From NCBI GenBank assembly GCA_011109175.1, contig RDEW01000033.1, positions 1-64,000 of the forward strand: a DNA stretch of 64,000 nt. The letters are read 5' to 3'. Position 1 is the stretch's first letter; every line of letters starts with the position of its first letter. The notes under the pieces are model-generated. The model was not told the origin of the DNA and did no database searches. It saw only the letters and a list, made by a program, of their open reading frames with translations. A program made the position numbers and the translations under genes. Positions 36,500-49,149 of the stretch are shown one piece after another. The DNA is from Dicyema japonicum (Eukaryota > Animalia > Dicyemida).

Positions 36500-36960
36500 T
36501 CTTCTCCATCAAGTCCAACAGGTTCGGTGATGGAAGGGAACTCAGCATCTTCCAGATCTTCTTGCTGTTTTTTTTTCTAAGTTAGATAACAATTGTTTAT
36601 TTTACGTGGAGGAAACTTACAGAAAAGATCGTAGGGAGTACGGAACGAGCGAAATTCTAAATATTTGCTTATGGAAAAAGCTGAACTGCTTTTAACTACT
36701 AAAATATTTTCTATATTAAACGTTTTCTTTTCGGGCAACTATGAACTGTTGCATCATGGTCAACTCCCATCTCGTTTTTAACTACCCAACAAACTACTCT
36801 TACTATCATCGCAGAATTCTAGCAGTCCAACAAATATTGTGTAAGTTGTAAGACAAGACCAAATGAGCACTACGGATACATTTTTATATCAATTATATAT
36901 CTTTGGTAACGAAACCTCATTTCCTCAATTTTTTGCACTCCATTGTACATATTTCCTGAA
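36500..36960 (-). CDS. Possible small membrane-protein gene, unidentified
   Basis: Hydrophobic stretch VSVVLIWSCLTTYTIFVGLLEF, a GTAAGT..AG intron and an acidic C-terminal exon. Start not resolved. Confidence 0.25.
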
Positions 36961-37029
36961 GATTTCAATACTATACAATATTCCTAACAGTCTGAAAAAA
37001 TCAAAAAAACACAAAAAGCAAAAAATTAG

Positions 37030-40000
37030 CGTTTAATACTCTTAAGTTCCTTCAATGACTTGAACTCTTTATTGGCAACTAAACTCCCAACTTCAAGATA
37101 GCATTAAGCCTCGTCTCTGTCACATTAAGAGTTCCATTCAAAGGCCATAGTTTAACGGTGTCAGCAAACACCTTTCGAAAGTCAAAATCCTTTCGTTGAT
37201 TGATCACTTTATGCATCACTTGAAAGTAGTAATTTTCAGCCAACCGTACCAATTCCAGTCGGTCAAACTCGTTAAGATATTTCCTAGGATAAACGTCCAA
37301 TGAAACTTGGTGTCATGGGGGACTCTTGAAATTCTCATAAAAACAGTCAACAGTTCCTCCAAATTCATCAAATCAGCCAGAATATTCAATAGTAGTTTTA
37401 CAGCCCTATGATGAGGAATAAAGTCACATGTAAAGGTAAATATGGGACTTTCCGCGTTCAACGTCTTCAGCATGAATCATCCAAACACCCTAAGCTATAA
37501 TTTAAAAAATACAGCAAATAAATTGTCTTTAGTGTGTTTATGGAATAGTGGCTGAACAGGCAAGAAGTCAGAATCTGAAGGTATAATCGGTCCGAGCATA
37601 ATTTGACGAGCTAAATTTACATTCTACAAGAAAACAGGACAAATCAACCATATAACAGGTTTTCCGACAGTAGTAAAAGTATGCCAATCTGTAAATCACT
37701 TTGTAGTGGTACTGTTGACGTTTCGAGCATAAAACCAGTCCATTCAGACATAAAAAGACAATTTTGTCAAGTTTATCTTCAAAGGTACGCCTAGAAATAT
37801 AACGAGGAAACAAAGTCATACATTTCGACAACCTGATCTTCCTTAAGAGAAATCCCCTCAAAATTAGAACATGTAGACTGATTTGAGTCCATATTCCAGC
37901 TTGATTCGTCCACAGACCCCTTTGCCTTCCATCTATTTATTTCCCTTCTTTGCACAAAGTGGGAATCCTGCAGTCTTATAAAATAAGCCTCAATCTCATC
38001 AATGTAATCGTAAATCTTTCCCAGTTGTTTCAGGACAGCCACATTCTGTCTGTAATAAATCTGTATAAGACACCAACTCACCTCTAAAGCCTCAGCAGTG
38101 AGAAATCCACATTTTTGAATAAACAGAATCTTGGCGGGATACTGAGCTCCAGCCAAATGGACGGCATCCGCAGCCTATGATAGACAAAGAAACCGACCTG
38201 AGCGTACAAATCCAGAATCTTCAGTATCGGTGGATTGGCAGATTTTTCGTATATTTTAGCCAAAAAGTAGCACGGCAACCATCTATCCCCGTCATTTTTC
38301 TCATTTGCAGAGTAGTCCTCGGTTGATTTCTGAAAATATGTGTATGAAAGTGATAATGCCCGCTGACATTCTTCCGGACCGTTTCTCCCACATTTCGTAA
38401 AAAATGGTAAATTCTGTCAAATTTAATACAAAAGTACTATCGAGTTAATATGTTTGAGATATCCATGTATTTTGTACTCCAAGAGAGCGTATTCGTTCCA
38501 AATACTACGACTGGAATCTTCCATCGAGCAAACACGACCAAAATACCATCTAATTCGTTCAATCTCTTCGAATGAGAATTTATCATAATCAGAGTTGAGC
38601 TGATAAACAAAAAAACTACAGAATTGATGAGTGGACTAATTTTGGTAGCTTCCGTGACCGCCAAACCAACGGAGGAGTCAAATCTGGAAGGATTGATTGC
38701 TAAATCCAAAGCCCAAGCTTGGGAGCTGCCAATTAGCATAAACAAACTCGACAGTCTTATCCTTGAATAGCATTAGGGCTACCATATAGTAAATGTCTCT
38801 CATACTCCTAAAATGTTTAAAATCATCACATTTGATCCTCAGTAAGTCTCACTTCCTCAAGCTGATCGAATTTTCCATCCAAAATTAATCTCACATTCTT
38901 TTCTTAAGGTAAAACGACAAAATACCCAATATGGACTCATGGATTATAAATCTTGCCATTTTTGTCAGCACTGGTAAGATCTACTCGTTAAATCACCACA
39001 AACATCTCTGGAAACAGCTTTCGAACTATAAATCTGAGGAAGGGGAGAAGAAATAAAAATCCCATAGACGTGCTTAGTGTCCACAATGTTGAAGGGAATC
39101 TGGTTTCAGGATAACCAAGACCTTCTTTGTAGCGTGGTCCTTCACCAACTTGTACTTCTTTGGTTCAATCAGCCCGTACATACAGTGAACAGTCAGAAGG
39201 GAACCGTTTGTGCATAATTCCGCCCATTTGTGTATTCCCCAACCCACAAATCGGTGATGGATATCAAGAAATTGTTTACTAATATGTCCACTACCGACCA
39301 TACGAGACGAATGCCTATTCTTATGAAATTATAAAACTTTAGCAATTCTGCGTGAATAATTCTCTGTAATGACAAAATTGGCAGATTATCTTATAAAACA
39401 AGCTTAAATGAGTCCAAACTGTCCCAACTAATATGAGCATGATTAAATACTAGTAAATCGTCTCCATAAGCAGAACGACGGGGTAAGTAATTTTATGTTT
39501 TATCCATAAAGGTTGATTTGACGTTGTTTGAAGGGAGAGAAATATCAGCAAATAGCCTATAAAACCCACAACATTGTCCAAATGGATTGGATTGTTTCCC
39601 AGACACCTATTTTGGATTACAACGATATATTACAACTCCAAATGTTTGAAAATCAAATCAAAGAAGGAATATGAGCATTCCAAGGCAGGTTTGAACTTTA
39701 AATCAACAAATACTCTCAATAAATTCACTATTAGCTGAACAGATAAGTCTTTGTCGATTGATTTGAGGTATTCTGAGAGTGAGTCAAGGGCAATTTTATT
39801 ATTTTCCAATGTTAAGTAGACAAATGATTGCAGGTTGTCACTCAAATATGATTTTATCAATTCAATTGGAACTAGTTTTTCGCAAACCGCCCACGTGAGG
39901 GATATCTTCCTTGACAAAATCACAACTATAATCAGAAATACTCCAAACCGGTTGAGATGATCTTGTTTTCCTGAATGTTAAGTCTATTCATGGTTTCTAG

Positions 40001-41750
40001 TCCATGTTTGTCCATCACTTCAATAACAGGTCCCCAAGTCTTATTGCTAAACGGATCTTCAGGAAGAGTCATAGTCAGAAAAACTAAATATCAATTTAGG
40101 ACAACGCCGAATGTGTAGCAAGTCTCCGTCGGATAACCCACAAATAGTATTTAGCATATTGGAGTACTCAGAGCGCAAAAGATTCAATACATCTCCTGTT
40201 CTAAGGATTTATAAATTGTCATACATAGTCCCCCTTTCATAAGTCACTTCTTCTCCATCATTTTGCTTAAATTCCAAGTATGCGATAAGGATCTGGACTA
40301 ATGTCGTTTAAATACCTTCAAAATTTGTTCTGACTGAGGTGTTGGGAGACTAATCTGTCTAAACCAAATCTCAAAAAGTTCAATCCACATATTAGGGACG
40401 GAATTTGGCCTTTTTGTTCAAAATTAATACAAACCATGGAAAGTTCCATTTGTCGGCAAAATATAGAAGCAGACTCATACTGAGGTCACATATACTAGAG
40501 GGGTTGTGGTTCATCTGATTGACAAAATCATTCACTACATGTAGGCTATTTTGGGATGATATGGGGTAATTTTCCGAGTCAAATTGAGCTACCATATCAC
40601 AAATTTGTAATCTTTTTTGTCAAAAATCCCAAAACCTGTAATCAGACGCTAAAAGATCGATAATTGAACTGGTAAATCCAGACTTTATAGTAGAACTCAC
40701 CTGAGTCTAAAATTACTCACATCTCATCACTTTAAAAGAGGATTGCCTCATCAATGAGGGAAGGGATGACTTCCTGGATCTAATGGACAAGTCTGAATGT
40801 TTAGAAACCATTAAACCAAGTTCACTTTGTGAAACGTCCATTTTTGACGAGATTTGAGATTGTTTAATGCTGTCGGAGTAATTTATGCAGTAAATGCTTT
40901 CAGAGTTAGCTTCTTGGCTGATATGGTTGATAACTGCGTTAAAAATGGTCACCCAGCTAACATAAAAGCAAACAAATACCTCTTGGTCTTCTTTGGGAGA
41001 AGAAAGAGGCAATCCTGCTTGAAAATATGAGGATTCTGCCAAGAATCCTTCGTGAGGGATATAAGCTTATTGAACTAAAGTCATATAATACAAATACAGT
41101 CTCTTCCTTTTCCGGGGGAACTGTAACATGTCTAAAATGTTATGTCTATCCATACAATTGGTATGGAAGTTCCCATTCATCATTGATGGCACAAATCTTA
41201 TTGATAAGAAAGTAAATGAGAGGTGACGTGATGTTGTAAAGGACGCTGTGGTCCACAAAGGTTTTGGAATCTAAAATGAGTCATTTTATAAGAACCGGCA
41301 ATGTCATTCATTACCAGAGACACCAGGAGGATGGATTCAATCACATTCCGGTTTTTCGGTTCACGTACAAGGGCCTGAAGCAATAAAACAACAAAAACTC
41401 CAATAAACGCCTCCTTGGCGGTCTTGAGGTGACCAACAGTCGTTGCAACCATCCCCAGTCTAAGCTGGCAGTTAAAATCCGTGGAATTGTGATCACTTGC
41501 CTAAAATAATGGAAACTTGTACTTTCTTTAAATATTTGAATGCCGGAGCATAATCGGCGTTAATGTAGTAAAATTCACCAATAAAGTTCAGTATGAACCA
41601 CTTGATATCAAGAAGGTATAATTTAATGGGATTCCCGGCTTTGTAACTTATCAGGCAAGATCGCTGGCTTTTGAGAATATCGTTCAGTTTAGTTTCCTCT
41701 TCAGATATGGAGAGAGCGAGTTTTACAAGTTGATCAACTGACTCATCCAT
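37030..41750 (-). CDS. CABIN1: Cabin1/Hir3 (HIRA histone-chaperone complex TPR subunit), many micro-introns
   Basis: N-terminal TPR STDFNCQLRLGMVATTVGHLKTAKEAFIG matches human [76 protein letters not shown] matches WLIHYMLGKVAEKQQQPP..YRQAGHYLHEEAARYPKKI..LAMEALEV (human sequence from memory). 3' end approximate. Confidence 0.8.
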
Positions 41751-42259
41751 TTTGCAATGTTTTTATATAATTAAATATTTAATTTTATTTATTTTTAATA
41801 ATAATTTTAGCCATAAAAATAATTTGATTAAAAAATTAAAATACTCAACATAGACGAGGTTCTCATTATAAAGTTATTTTTATTTTTGTGGTGTCTCGTC
41901 TCCGATATTATTAAACAAAATGGAAGGGGAGAAATTGCTAAGTATAATATTTTAGTTGGGGTTGCCATTGAAACTATCTGAAAAGCATTCCAGTTCTCTA
42001 ACAAGGGGTAGGGGATCATCAAATGCTATAAGCGTTACACGTGGGTGTTATCAATTGAAGTGTAAATATGGATTCCTCAGCAGTTATTTACTAATAATTC
42101 ATAAGGGTAGACATATCGACAGGTAACTTAGTGGTAGAATGTCATACTATAACAATGGTCATGGTTACTTCGTAGAAGGTTTCTTTTACTTTTCTTTGTT
42201 CCTATCTTCTACGTTCTAATAGAGTGATTTCACGTGATCTATTTTCAGATATCCCTAGT

Positions 42260-42450
42260 GCCACAGAGAAATATCGTTTGAGCAAGAGGTTCCTGGGATC
42301 TCATTACGACTAGGATTGAAAGTCTGTGTTCCACATCCGTGCCGATGCGGAGACCAGATCGACTGTTTTGGCTTACACCCTCTCTCCTGCAGGAGGCAGC
42401 ATAAGGCATATGTCCCTGACACATGACCTTGAACAAAGTCGTTAGGAGAC
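42260..42450 (+). mobile_element. CRE fragment (zinc-knuckle region)
   Basis: LRLGLKVCVPHPCRCGDQIDCFGLHPLSC. Near-identical to the revcomp of 43120-43290. Confidence 0.75.
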
Positions 42451-42694
42451 ACATGGGCTATAACTGATAGAGATAGATTGACTTATATGTGATCTTCGAC
42501 ACGGGAACTGAATATATTTTATTTGTTGTTTACTATTGACTTGTATCTAATTTCTCATCACCTCTGTGTTCAGATTTCGTTTGGCTAAAATTGGAGAAAC
42601 TTGAACGAGCGTGGCTTGTGGAGGATGATCATTAGTTATTAATTCTTGTTATAAACAAATCGAATATTTTATTTAGTAAAGAAAAAAGAGTATA

Positions 42695-43330
42695 TGGTCA
42701 TATAGCGGCTGCTCTGACTGCGTAGCTATTCCCTCTCAGGATGGCGAACGAGATTCGCTCAACTAACCAGCAGCGCTCAAGAGGGTCTCCTGATCGTGTA
42801 GCGATCCGATTCCCTAGACGACTCAAGAATTCCAGCGTCGAGGCGCAAGGGAGCCAGACGTCTCAACGGCGAGTGGGACAAACAAAAAATCCTTGGGTAG
42901 GACTTGATACTTTTCCCGTTTCAACCTCTCGGCCTTCTCAACGGCAGAAAAGGCTCCGGAGGCATTCTGGAGTAGGTTGCAAGAGGCAAACGTGTCGGTG
43001 CAGGTGAACGTCCCAGGCAAGAGGTTTACCAGCTTCAAAAGGGAAGATTGTCATCCCATCTGGTCGTTTCCCGTCCCGCCAACAAAGACCGACTGGTTCG
43101 AGCATGGAGGGGGTGTTCGGAGGCGTCCAAAGCTCTCCTAACGACTTCGTTCAAGGCCATGTGTCTGGGAAATCTGCCTGCACTCTTCCTGCAGAAGAGA
43201 GGGTGTAAGCCAAAACAGTCAATCTGGTCTCCGCATCGGCGCGGATGTGGAACACGGAATTTAATCCCAGTCGTAATGAGATCACAATATGGACGCATTC
43301 ATTATCTAGGAGGGTACCTAAAACTCCATT
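42695..43330 (-). mobile_element. CRE-clade retrotransposon 3' part
   Basis: [44 protein letters not shown] and ISFAILRGNSYA. Confidence 0.85.
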
Positions 43331-43529
43331 GGGAACGGCGTTGAGTAACTGAAATATTAGCGTGATTATTCACAATTTGTTGTAAATTTTTATATATTTA
43401 ATAAAATCTATATATTCAGGCATGACAAAGTCAATAATAGATATTGAAATTGTTTTCATTATTGGCATAATAAAATATTGTTGATAAATCCAAGTAAATT
43501 TATGCAACGTATTGACTAATAAACTTATT

Positions 43530-43970
43530 GCCTTATTGGGTGATGACATCGGATCTGATTGTCTTGGGTTCGAATCTGAAAGAAAGTCAATTCAAGTGAA
43601 CCAGATCCCAACCATAAGGCGATGAGCCCCTCTGAAATGACACAGTACTTGAAAAGGATCTTCCTACCTTCAGCCTGACCAAGTCCACTGGTGAATACTA
43701 CCATTATGAAAACTCTTTCTCTTAGAATAAAGTGATGTCAAAAAACAGACTAAAAAAAGCATAAATACAAACTTAATACAACTAATCTAATACGCTTTCG
43801 GATCTCATCTAATAATAAGAATATTGTCAATTAGCCGATAGTCATGAAAAAGGATTCCACGATTTTCGATAAGACAAGATGGAGGCACTCAGGGAAACGA
43901 TTGGTCGCTGGGAGGACATATCTGGTAACCTTGGAAAATTGTGATCACCTGTGTCTCGGGGTTAATAACT
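43530..43970 (+). mobile_element. B-box-bearing SINE-like head plus LINE family A tail remnant
   Basis: GGGTTCGAATC at about 43556 and a TCTCGGGGTTAATAA tail at about 43952-43966. Continuity between the two is uncertain. Confidence 0.3.
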
Positions 43971-44047
43971 TAATGTATATTTTTATAAATTTAGTTTAGT
44001 TTCAGTTAAGATCAAAGACTTGTGACTTTTATTACGTCATCGTTTAA

Positions 44048-45249
44048 CTACTCGTTAATTAATATTTTGGATAATGACGGTGTGAAGGCGGCAAAGGAAT
44101 CGACTATTTTGAAGGCTCTGTGCAGTACAATCTCAATGTAGATATCATGTTTCTATAAATTGTTCAAAAAATCCGTTTAGTCCCCATGAATCAAAAAATG
44201 AGACAATTATTTTCCCATATTCATAAAACGACTGGATCTCTTCATAGGAGGCCTTCATTGCTATACCGCAGATCAAGTCAGAGAACTTCTTGTCATAAAT
44301 TAAAATTAAACTTCAAAGTCAAAGATCAGAACTGTTTCCTCCCCATTGACTTGTATTATAGTGTCTTTGTGGAAGCTGTTGAGTCTGTTGATCAAAGGAG
44401 ACTTTACGTAAATCTGATGAGCCATAAGTGAGTTTAAAAAAACTCCATTTTCAGTATTAATTATAGAAATCCCTATGTTTTATCGAACGCAAACCTTTAT
44501 CAATTTTACTGAATTTGTCCAATATTTTTGGTTCCTTTATTATAAACTCTTCACAAAAAAGTGAAAAGTATTCATTGTTATTATAACTACACTGGGCTGA
44601 GGCGTTTACGAAGACTGGATTAGATCTTCCTTCAAAGGCCCATTTATTCACCAGACTGGTCATATAGTGGTAGATCGTCAGCCAAACATTACTTGTATTG
44701 GCTATCGGTTTTCCTATCAGAGGCTCCATGCGGGGATATCTCATCGTAATGTGAATTCCTTTAGTTTTTATAGCTAAACAACTTGGCTTGGAAAAGTCCC
44801 GTGAGTAGTGAAAGGGATTTATGCAGATAAACTTGGAGAAACGTTTGTAATGATAATGACAGTAGTCGAATTGATTGAGTTCAGACATGGCGTGGATATC
44901 CCCCCAACGGAATAGTTTACATACGAAAACTGGTGGTGGAATTTTTTTGTTTAAAATCTAAAATGTGGAAAATTTATTCTGACCGTCCAACGACCGTCTC
45001 TGGTGTTTTTTAAAGGACAACACTGATCACCTTTCTCGTAAATAATTTTTATCAAGGTTTCCAGACATTCAGGCTCCTTTATTCGTGTAACCACTCCCTG
45101 GAGCATTTTGAGGTTGTATTCCCCGTCGTCATCTTTCTCGTGACATTTTAGACAATGCAAATTAAAATACGACAAAAAATCTTTGCCAACCACTAAAATA
45201 TAATTTTGTTAGTACATTCTATTAACTGCTCTTCCAATTCGTTCTCCAT
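44048..45249 (-). CDS. SMAD: Smad family transcription factor (MH1 and MH2), highly divergent
   Basis: Introns 45193-45215, 44958-44983, 44473-44494 and 44289-44311. MH1: RDGRWT, VFVCKLFRWGDI, CINPFHYSR. MH2: WLTIYHY, IYVKSP, IFD, VSFFDSWG, YIEIVL. Two one-base homopolymer indels (about 44900 and 44150). Confidence 0.9.
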
Positions 45250-45699
45250 TTGGTGGTCGTTCAGTCTACTAATCGCCGTCTTATGTAATTATATCTATTT
45301 TTGTAGATTGATTATTCGTTCTATTCTCTGACAATATCAGATTGCATAAAATTAGTTAGGACAATTGGTATTATCGAATTATTGATGTTTAAATTCACTC
45401 CATATGCACGTGATATATTTCAGTAAATGATTATTTTTCGTCCCACTAATTTACTATACTTGAACTCGCGAACATGGGAGGGTAACTCCTAATGCGTGCT
45501 CCCCCTGTAGACCATAATGAAGACCTTGTCCTGAAAATTGACTTTAATGACTTTAATCTTGTTTTTTTTATTTACTGTGCCCACGTCACCCTTTTTTCTT
45601 GACCACCTATTCAACTTGCGGGACTTGAGGGCATCAACCACTGCTGGGACTATTCAATTTTCACAATTTTATTAACCTTGGATGCATAAAGTTAATAGT

Positions 45700-48110
45700 T
45701 AATAACTAATTCTTGTGTCGGAAAGAATTATCCCAGTCAGAATCCCAAGGTCGGCGCGTCTAACAGCTGCCTCCTGTCTTTCAAAGGGCAGTCGATGACA
45801 ATACTCAAAATATGGGCGCCTTCTCTGCTTTGCACCTCTTGTCCTCGGATCACATCCAACCGAACTGAAAGAAGAGAACCTTAATTCAATCATCAAGAGA
45901 AATCCTCTAAATACGAAACTGTTAGCCTGGTGACTGCACTGGGAAGTCATTCATCATCCAGGATCAAGAAAGACAAGTGGGATGTACGCAAAGAAGTGAA
46001 TAAGAAAGTCATGGTCGAGAACAATAGGGGTACCCTGCGTACGCTCTCCAGCAATGACAAGGTTCTTTAACCAACTAAAGAAACCCTCGAGCTCATCATC
46101 CAAAAACATTTACCCATTCTTTCTGATCAACGCGAGACAGAAATTGGGAAGGACATTCCACATTTGGCAACTACAAGTGATATACGATCTGCAATTTCAT
46201 CATTCCCGGGAAGCAGCAGCGCTGGCTTAAACGGCCTACTTCCGATATGAAAGACCTTATTTCTGCCACAACCGCCGATGTGGGGAACTTCCTTATTAAT
46301 TCAATAAAGACCCTTACAGACCGCATTCTTCGGCCCAATATCTCCGACTATGCCAGAGGACACCTTTTTGCATCCAAACTGATCGCCTTCAGAAAACCTC
46401 GTGGTGGGTTAAGACCCATCGTTATAGGCAACGTATTTAGGCGCCTGACGGCTAAGATTGCTGCCAGAACAGCGAGCAAGACTCTAAGCCCCCAACTGAA
46501 TCCTACTCAACTTGGGGTTGGATTTCCTCATAGATGCGAGGCAGTAATCCACTCAATCAGGAACTTTGCTGTTAGTCCGCTAGACTATACGAATGTTACA
46601 ATAGCCAAACTGGACATCCGCAATGCTTTCAATAGCATTCGAAGAGATAGAATCATAGAAGCTAGCATCTCCAGGATCCTGGAAATTAGCAGAATGTTGA
46701 AACTTTCATATGGTTCCTTATGTACTCTGATCTTCGGGCAACACATCCTCGAATCCAAAACTGGAGTCCAATAAGGCGATCCCTTAGCCCCCTACTCTTT
46801 GCCTTGGGCATCGATTGTGCAGCATCAGTAATCGGAGCTCCACTGAACTTATGCTACCTAGATGTGACCGTCGGAGGGAATTGGGAAATTGTGGTGACAG
46901 GAGTCGAGTCCGTTTTCTCTGCACTTACGGAAATTGGGTTGAAATCGAACCAGTATAAATGTGAAATCTAACGTTGCTTGCAGAGAGGAAAACTTCGGCC
47001 GTGCAGTGGCTGCGATATTTACTTATCTCCGGGATGTCTGGGTCACCCGACTCGAAAACGTAATTTTTTGGCTCTCCTTTATACTGCAGTAATATGTCAA
47101 CTCTCCTGGAGGAAAAAAATGCATCCTTTCAACAATTCACATCAAATTAAAAAACCATGGACTCCCACACGTTTTTATTCTTCCTCAGGAATTTTCATTC
47201 TTCCTCAGCCACGATTCCTTTTTCTTGTACGGACAGCCCCATGTTTCACAGACGTGAATTTTTAAGAGCCATCGACAAGAAGCTGCCGTTAAAGAGACAA
47301 TCAACGTTTCTTTTGATAAAACTGGTTGGATCCAATGAAAACTACCTCTTCGCTACGGAGGAATCTGAATACGCTCATACATGGCTCGGGAAGTCTGGAC
47401 GCGATTGAATGTTCGATTCCCGAAGAACGCTAATAAAAACGAGAATGGGACAAGCTTTTGTGCTTAAAGATCATAGAAGAGATAAATCCTGTGCTTGATC
47501 TGCATCGTCTGGATTGTCTGGCTCTGCATCGACGAACGAAAGTGGTGCTGGCTCAGAGCATTACCATGCACCTCACTTGGGATACTATTGGATGACGACG
47601 AGAATTTGGGTTTCCGTCCGCATCGGAATAGATGTTTGCATGATCCATCGCTGTAGATGTGGAGGATTGGTCAACGCGAAAGATCTTCACGCTCTTTCCT
47701 GTCGGAGGAGTGCTGGAAGGAGTCCAAGACACGCCGCAATCAGCGGAGTTATTACTTTTGGACTTGAAACTGCTAGAATTCCTGTCCCATTGGAGCCGCT
47801 TGGACTTGCCCCAGCTAACCAAAAACCGGACGGAACTACTCTTTTCCCATGGGAAGTAATAGCTACCTTGGCTGGGACGCCACCTGTGTGGATAGCCTCT
47901 CTCCTTACAACCTTATTATGACAGCAACTAATCCAGGTTCTGCTTCGGAGAAGGCTGGGACCCTAAAGTTTAAGAAAATCTATATATTCAGGCATGACAA
48001 AGTCAATCATATATTTTTGAATCAGTCGCCGTGGAAACATCAGGAATCATAAGAAGCAGGTCATTGGTCCTGCTAAACATAATCGAATCGTTCATCGCGA
48101 AGAAAAAATG
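45700..48110 (+). mobile_element. Near full-length CRE-clade RLE retrotransposon, decayed
   Basis: RIPRSARLTAA N-terminus. RT: KPRGGLRPIVIGNVFRRL, QLGVG, KLDIRNAFNSI, GVQ*GDPL. Then CRCGGLVNAKDLHALSC and KPDGTTLFP..WDATCVD. Confidence 0.9.
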
Positions 48111-48529
48111 ATAGGAGAGAAAGCCATAGTTGTTAACTGTTAGTTTTTGCGTTAAATAATTGTCTTATAACAACTAATCAAGAGTATTATGGTCACAGTC
48201 ATAGAGACAACTCGTCCATAATTAAAGAGAAAACCAGTTCAAGCAATAATTCGGTGAAGTGGGAGAAAGAAGTCTTAGTACTTCCCACCTCCTATGAAAA
48301 GTGGATCATGTGACGCCACATTAATTGAAAAAAGACCAAAGAACCTTCGACCATGTAGCCTTTAGGGGGAACTGAACCCAGGACCATTGATGTATGTAGC
48401 ACCTATCTGGGAAATTTTTGACCTTTCCTACTTCATCACTATACCAATTATAAGCAACAACATAGAATCATATTTACTATAAATCCATTCGTGCAGAGAT
48501 ACTAGTTTCTCCCACCCTCTCCTAGACTC

Positions 48530-48985
48530 CCCATACTGTTGAGGTCTTCACCGTCCCTTAGTGCCCTGTTTACTGGTCTTACGGACTTCGGGAAACGTTA
48601 TACGCGAACAGCCTTTGAACTTTTCCCCAGATGTTTGGAAGAATTCTTCCATGATGATGTTTGCTGGCGTATCTCGCTCCGGTCTTAAAATGTGACAAAA
48701 TAATTTCCAGCAAATCTTCATGATCAAGGTGCTCAGAGGTCTAGGGGAACATCTTTGGTACAATGTTTCATTCCTTACACGCATTGGTCACTTCAATCCC
48801 AAGAAAGACCGAAGTTGATTCCTATGGAAGGAGTCGAACATTTGTCCGTCGGTTTTCTAGATTTCTCATGTTCCAGAGTTATACGTATAAATCGGCTTCA
48901 CGAAAGCCTCATACAATCGAGTCAGATTGATGATCAGACTGGATGCCCTTTCCAAGCTATGAAAAGTACTTGTTAGCTCTCATAT
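48530..48985 (-). mobile_element. RTE-clade LINE 3' fragment
   Basis: RLYEAFVKPIYTYNSGT, WKLFCHILR..TPANIIME and KGCSRITFP. Homologous to 15100-15860. Confidence 0.75.
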
Positions 48986-49149
48986 CATTCAAAAATCTTG
49001 AGAGTTTGGCTTCAGAATATTCCTTTATTACAAAGTTAGAAGAGATTGAAGTGACTCACCAGATTATTTATTAAATTATATATTTTTTCTGAATGATACA
49101 ATTTATTAATAAACACAAACAATTAACAGCTATTGGCTGTTCTCCTAAT

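Noticed and set aside
43530-43575. tRNA gene from GGGTTCGAATC (also 1730-1795 and the revcomp of about 48365-48395)
   Set aside because: Only box motifs are present, with no acceptor, D or anticodon stems. At most these are SINE heads.
44145-44175. Non-canonical GA-AG intron in the Smad L3 loop (similar case near 59640-59665)
   Set aside because: Removing one A from a homopolymer gives the canonical 13-residue L3 spacing without an intron. Assembly error is the simpler explanation for both.
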